A DNA stretch of 64,000 bases from a virus: the IMG/VR virus record IMGVR_UViG_3300045988_173726, positions 200,604 to 264,603 of that record. The stretch is one strand, 5' to 3'. Below are positions 61,826 to 64,000 of the stretch, one piece after another (positions within the stretch are counted from its first letter, which is position 1; every line of letters begins with the position of its first letter). Both the position numbers and the translations under genes were made by a program. Below the pieces are notes generated by a model that searched no databases, had not been told where the DNA came from, and was given only the letters and a program-made list of their open reading frames with translations.

Positions 61826-63250
61826 ATGAGTTGGTACGAGACAGGTGAAGTAGATTTTCCTTTGTATCGGTTTATTTTGTTTGGGTATATGGTTTCAGAG
61901 CAGGGGGAGGTAATAGCATATCGCTTTGGGCTTTTGCGTGTAGTTCGGGATAGGTCAAACTCAACGAGCATCGGGACAGAGGATTGGGTTAGCCAAGATA
62001 GCCTAGATGAGTTTCTTCGGGAGTATGGTAGCCTAGTTCTAAAGGGAACAAAGGAGATGCTTTCGGATGGAAGTTTTCGTTGGCGTTTGTCTGCGGTTAA
62101 TCGGGACATGGAGTTAGTGACAGAGGGAAGAAAGGCGCTGGTGGTTACTGGTGGAAGTAGCCCGCTAGAGTACTTTTACTCGCTTGATGAGAAGGGGAAG
62201 TTTACATATTCTGGAGTTGTGAAAGGTGACGCGCATAAGATTGCGGAGCGGCTGTTTAACGGGGAGCTTCTGTTAGCGGACGAGGAGTTTATATCGGATG
62301 AGTATAAGAGGATTGTTATGCTCGGGGAAGAGTATAGAAGGAAATATGCGGCAGAGATAGCGAGAGACGCACTAACCAATCGAAATATTTCAGAGATATA
62401 CCTTTCAGAAGCGGGAGAATTATGTGCGAGAGGGTTAAAAGGGGTAAGTAACGGGGTAAACAGCTATCCTAGCTTTGTGAAAGGGGTAACGGTATCTACG
62501 CGGAGTCTATATGACAGTAAGACGGAAGTTCTTGATATGTCTAAATGTGCTGGGTTAAAGTCATTCGAGATATATGAAGCCGCGAAAGCATACCGTAAAA
62601 AGCTCCCCAGTTTATCGCTTATATTCCCTAAAGAGTTGCGTGAGGATTTGTCCTGCCATATAAAGTTAGAGGTGGAGTCAGAGGGATTAAAGATTATAGA
62701 CTACCCAAAGGGAGCAGTTTTTAATAAGCTGTGCGTAACAGATGGTAAGATAACAGGAATAGACAGGACTGTTAAGGTAGAGAATTGTTATATTAGAGAT
62801 TGCACGGGGTTATCGGAGCTTTCTATCGAGGTTATTGAAAAGGAAGATGTGTATCAAGATTTGACACTTTGTAGCCTTGACACTGTTAAACTTTCTGTAA
62901 CATTAGTTTCTGTTAAGTATTTAGATATAGAATTAAGCCTAGATTTTCTAAAGGAGTTTAGATTAACAATTAGTGGAGAAGAAACTGAACTATGTAACCT
63001 CACTTTACAGTGTATTGGTTTTGATATTGGGGTTGACGGTCTTGAAACTCTTGTGATTGAGAGTAAGAAAGGCTTCGTATTCGGTGGTTGCGCAGACTTT
63101 GCGCGTGTGTATCCCTCTCTTAAGCGCCTAGAGATTAGAGGATATATGGCTTTTGGGAACAATGTAGAGGATGAGGTAGTATTTGTTCCTAGAGGTTGCA
63201 AAGTAATTTGCAACAATGCCGAGTTTATAAAGCATGTGAGGGAGCGATGA
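61826..63250 (+). CDS. Cys-linker + LRR-like family paralog (divergent linker)
   Basis: 'ARDALTNRNISE...KTEVLDMSKCAGL'. N terminus 'FILFGYMVSEQGEVIAYRFGLLRVV'. Confidence 0.6.
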   Translation: MSWYETGEVDFPLYRFILFGYMVSEQGEVIAYRFGLLRVVRDRSNSTSIGTEDWVSQDSLDEFLREYGSLVLKGTKEMLSDGSFRWRLSAVNRDMELVTEGRKALVVTGGSSPLEYFYSLDEKGKFTYSGVVKGDAHKIAERLFNGELLLADEEFISDEYKRIVMLGEEYRRKYAAEIARDALTNRNISEIYLSEAGELCARGLKGVSNGVNSYPSFVKGVTVSTRSLYDSKTEVLDMSKCAGLKSFEIYEAAKAYRKKLPSLSLIFPKELREDLSCHIKLEVESEGLKIIDYPKGAVFNKLCVTDGKITGIDRTVKVENCYIRDCTGLSELSIEVIEKEDVYQDLTLCSLDTVKLSVTLVSVKYLDIELSLDFLKEFRLTISGEETELCNLTLQCIGFDIGVDGLETLVIESKKGFVFGGCADFARVYPSLKRLEIRGYMAFGNNVEDEVVFVPRGCKVICNNAEFIKHVRER

Positions 63251-63661
63251 ATGGGAGAGTCAAAGAGACCCGAAGAAATCTACGCGATTTCGGGATATGT
63301 GCTTAATGATAGCGGTGATATAGGTTATTTACGGATTATAAAACTTGGGTTTGAGCGTTTCTACGAATATAAACAGGTAGATTCCGTGTATATTCCCTTA
63401 GAGGACATGAATGAGTTTTTGAGTGACGGTAAGGAGTTTGCTTATAGGGAGATGCCAAGTGCCGAGTTTATCCGTAGCCTTCCTAGGTTTAGCGCGGCGG
63501 GTCGGGTCTTAAAGTCTGGGGTTAGTCAGATATTAGATATTCAGTCCAGCGGGAGTGACGGTGAAATCAGTAGTTTCCAACAATGTAGGAGGAAAGTTGA
63601 ATTGTTTCTCGATTTTCTATTAGGCGTGATGATGTTCTGGTTAGGCTACGTTGTAAGATAG
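63251..63661 (+). CDS. Truncated family paralog (N-module only), probably interrupted by a downstream insertion
   Basis: 'IYAISGYVLNDSGDIGYLRIIKLG...IPLEDMNEFLSDGKEF...LPRFSAAGRVLKSG' follows the family N-module. The last ~35 aa are unrelated and hydrophobic. Confidence 0.45.
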   Translation: MGESKRPEEIYAISGYVLNDSGDIGYLRIIKLGFERFYEYKQVDSVYIPLEDMNEFLSDGKEFAYREMPSAEFIRSLPRFSAAGRVLKSGVSQILDIQSSGSDGEISSFQQCRRKVELFLDFLLGVMMFWLGYVVR

Positions 63662-63673
63662 AAAGGAGTTGAA

Positions 63674-64000
63674 ATGCACAGTAGAAAATTTACAGTAGTG
63701 AATCAGCTACATGAGTGGAGTAACAGAGATGTAATTGAATACATTGACTCTTCTCGTAGGGATTACGGGAAAGCATTTAGAGAAGTGTTTTATGCAATCA
63801 AGCGTGGTGGTTTCAATAAGTCAAAGTATAATACTTATCTTCAAAATAAATACGGAATTGTTAGTCGAACTGCAAGCTCTATTATTTCTGACGCTCAAGG
63901 AAGATTTAATTCTCTTAAAGCGTTAAAAGAGCATGAGAAGAAGCAGTTAGAGCGAAAGATTAAATATCTTGAGAGTACAGTTATTCCTAAGTTAGTTGAG
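63674..64000 (+). CDS. Possible IS605/IS1341-type TnpB-like protein, N-terminal part (runs off window)
   Basis: ATG sits behind 'aaaggag', and frame 2 is open to base 64000. Product 'MHSRKFTVVNQLHEWSNRDVIEYIDSSRRDYGKAFREVFYAIKRGGFNKSKYNTYLQNKYGIVSRTASSIISDAQGRFNSLKALKEHEKK...'. It is visibly more AT-rich, with A/T-ending codons unlike the rest of the window. Confidence 0.35.
   Translation, partial: MHSRKFTVVNQLHEWSNRDVIEYIDSSRRDYGKAFREVFYAIKRGGFNKSKYNTYLQNKYGIVSRTASSIISDAQGRFNSLKALKEHEKKQLERKIKYLESTVIPKLVE

Noticed and set aside
393-63216. All minus-strand ORFs in the six-frame track. Examples are 393..596, 4664..4969, 13484..13807, 14075..14419, 45084..45482, 47013..47441, 53705..54127, 55401..55883, 58270..58839, 59813..60223 and 61747..62109.
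   Set aside because: Each lies inside or across a longer + strand gene with recognisable motifs. Their products are low-complexity S/L/P/T-rich, as expected for the antisense of purine-rich coding sequence. None has a visible RBS or known motif.
38699-63661. Diversity-generating retroelement as the driver of LRR-family variation.
   Set aside because: No reverse transcriptase ORF and no template/variable near-identical DNA repeat pair is visible in the window. The paralogs differ throughout, not in a confined adenine-specific patch.
1-64000. Alternative genetic code (TAG or TGA reassignment), as seen in some large gut phages.
   Set aside because: Long uninterrupted ORFs with recognisable domains are obtained in the standard code. 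TAA, TAG and TGA all occur at sensible gene ends, including ATGA and GTGA overlaps. Only one suspicious in-frame TGA (37072) was seen, and it is reported separately.

Overview
This is a gene-dense 64-kb segment in which every credible gene lies on the + strand. It looks like part of a large dsDNA phage or phage-like mobile element. No capsid or tail genes, rRNA or CRISPR array were recognised.

Recognisable content:
- A replication and recombination block at 1-9.5 kb. It holds a GyrA/ParC-like topoisomerase subunit (5' end off-window), a DnaB-like helicase, a RuvC-like resolvase, and a LigA-like ligase that appears split into two ORFs by a ParB-HNH gene plus a membrane-protein gene.
- Three paralogous NPPF-motif (N6-adenine type) DNA methyltransferases. 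Two of these loci sit behind long G-rich repeat-bearing spacers with a conserved promoter and leader.
- A DUF262-HNH nuclease followed by an RHH gene.
- An SH3b-NlpC/P60 hydrolase and two lipoproteins.
- A promoter-driven tRNA array at 20.1-22.4 kb with 8 canonical tRNAs and one degenerate Leu(TAA)-like copy. An orphan HicB-like gene and a TilS gene follow it.

Three unusual features dominate the window:
1. A roughly 25-kb tandem array (38.7-63.7 kb) of 13-14 divergent paralogs. They share an N-terminal module, a conserved 'RNRLTGxDC...NGVCKL' Cys linker and Cys-containing LRR-like repeats ('VLDLSxCxxL'). Some carry extra BspA-type LRRs and HTH-like tails. The array also contains truncated, frameshifted and IS-interrupted copies.
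2. Nine paralogous N-terminally membrane-anchored proteins in two clusters (14.8-19.9 kb and 26.5-28.9 kb).
3. Seven shortened tRNA-like modules inside the tRNA array. Each keeps acceptor and T arms but lacks a usable anticodon arm.

All folds, motif matches and alignments were made by eye. No database search or computation was run. Start codons are provisional.
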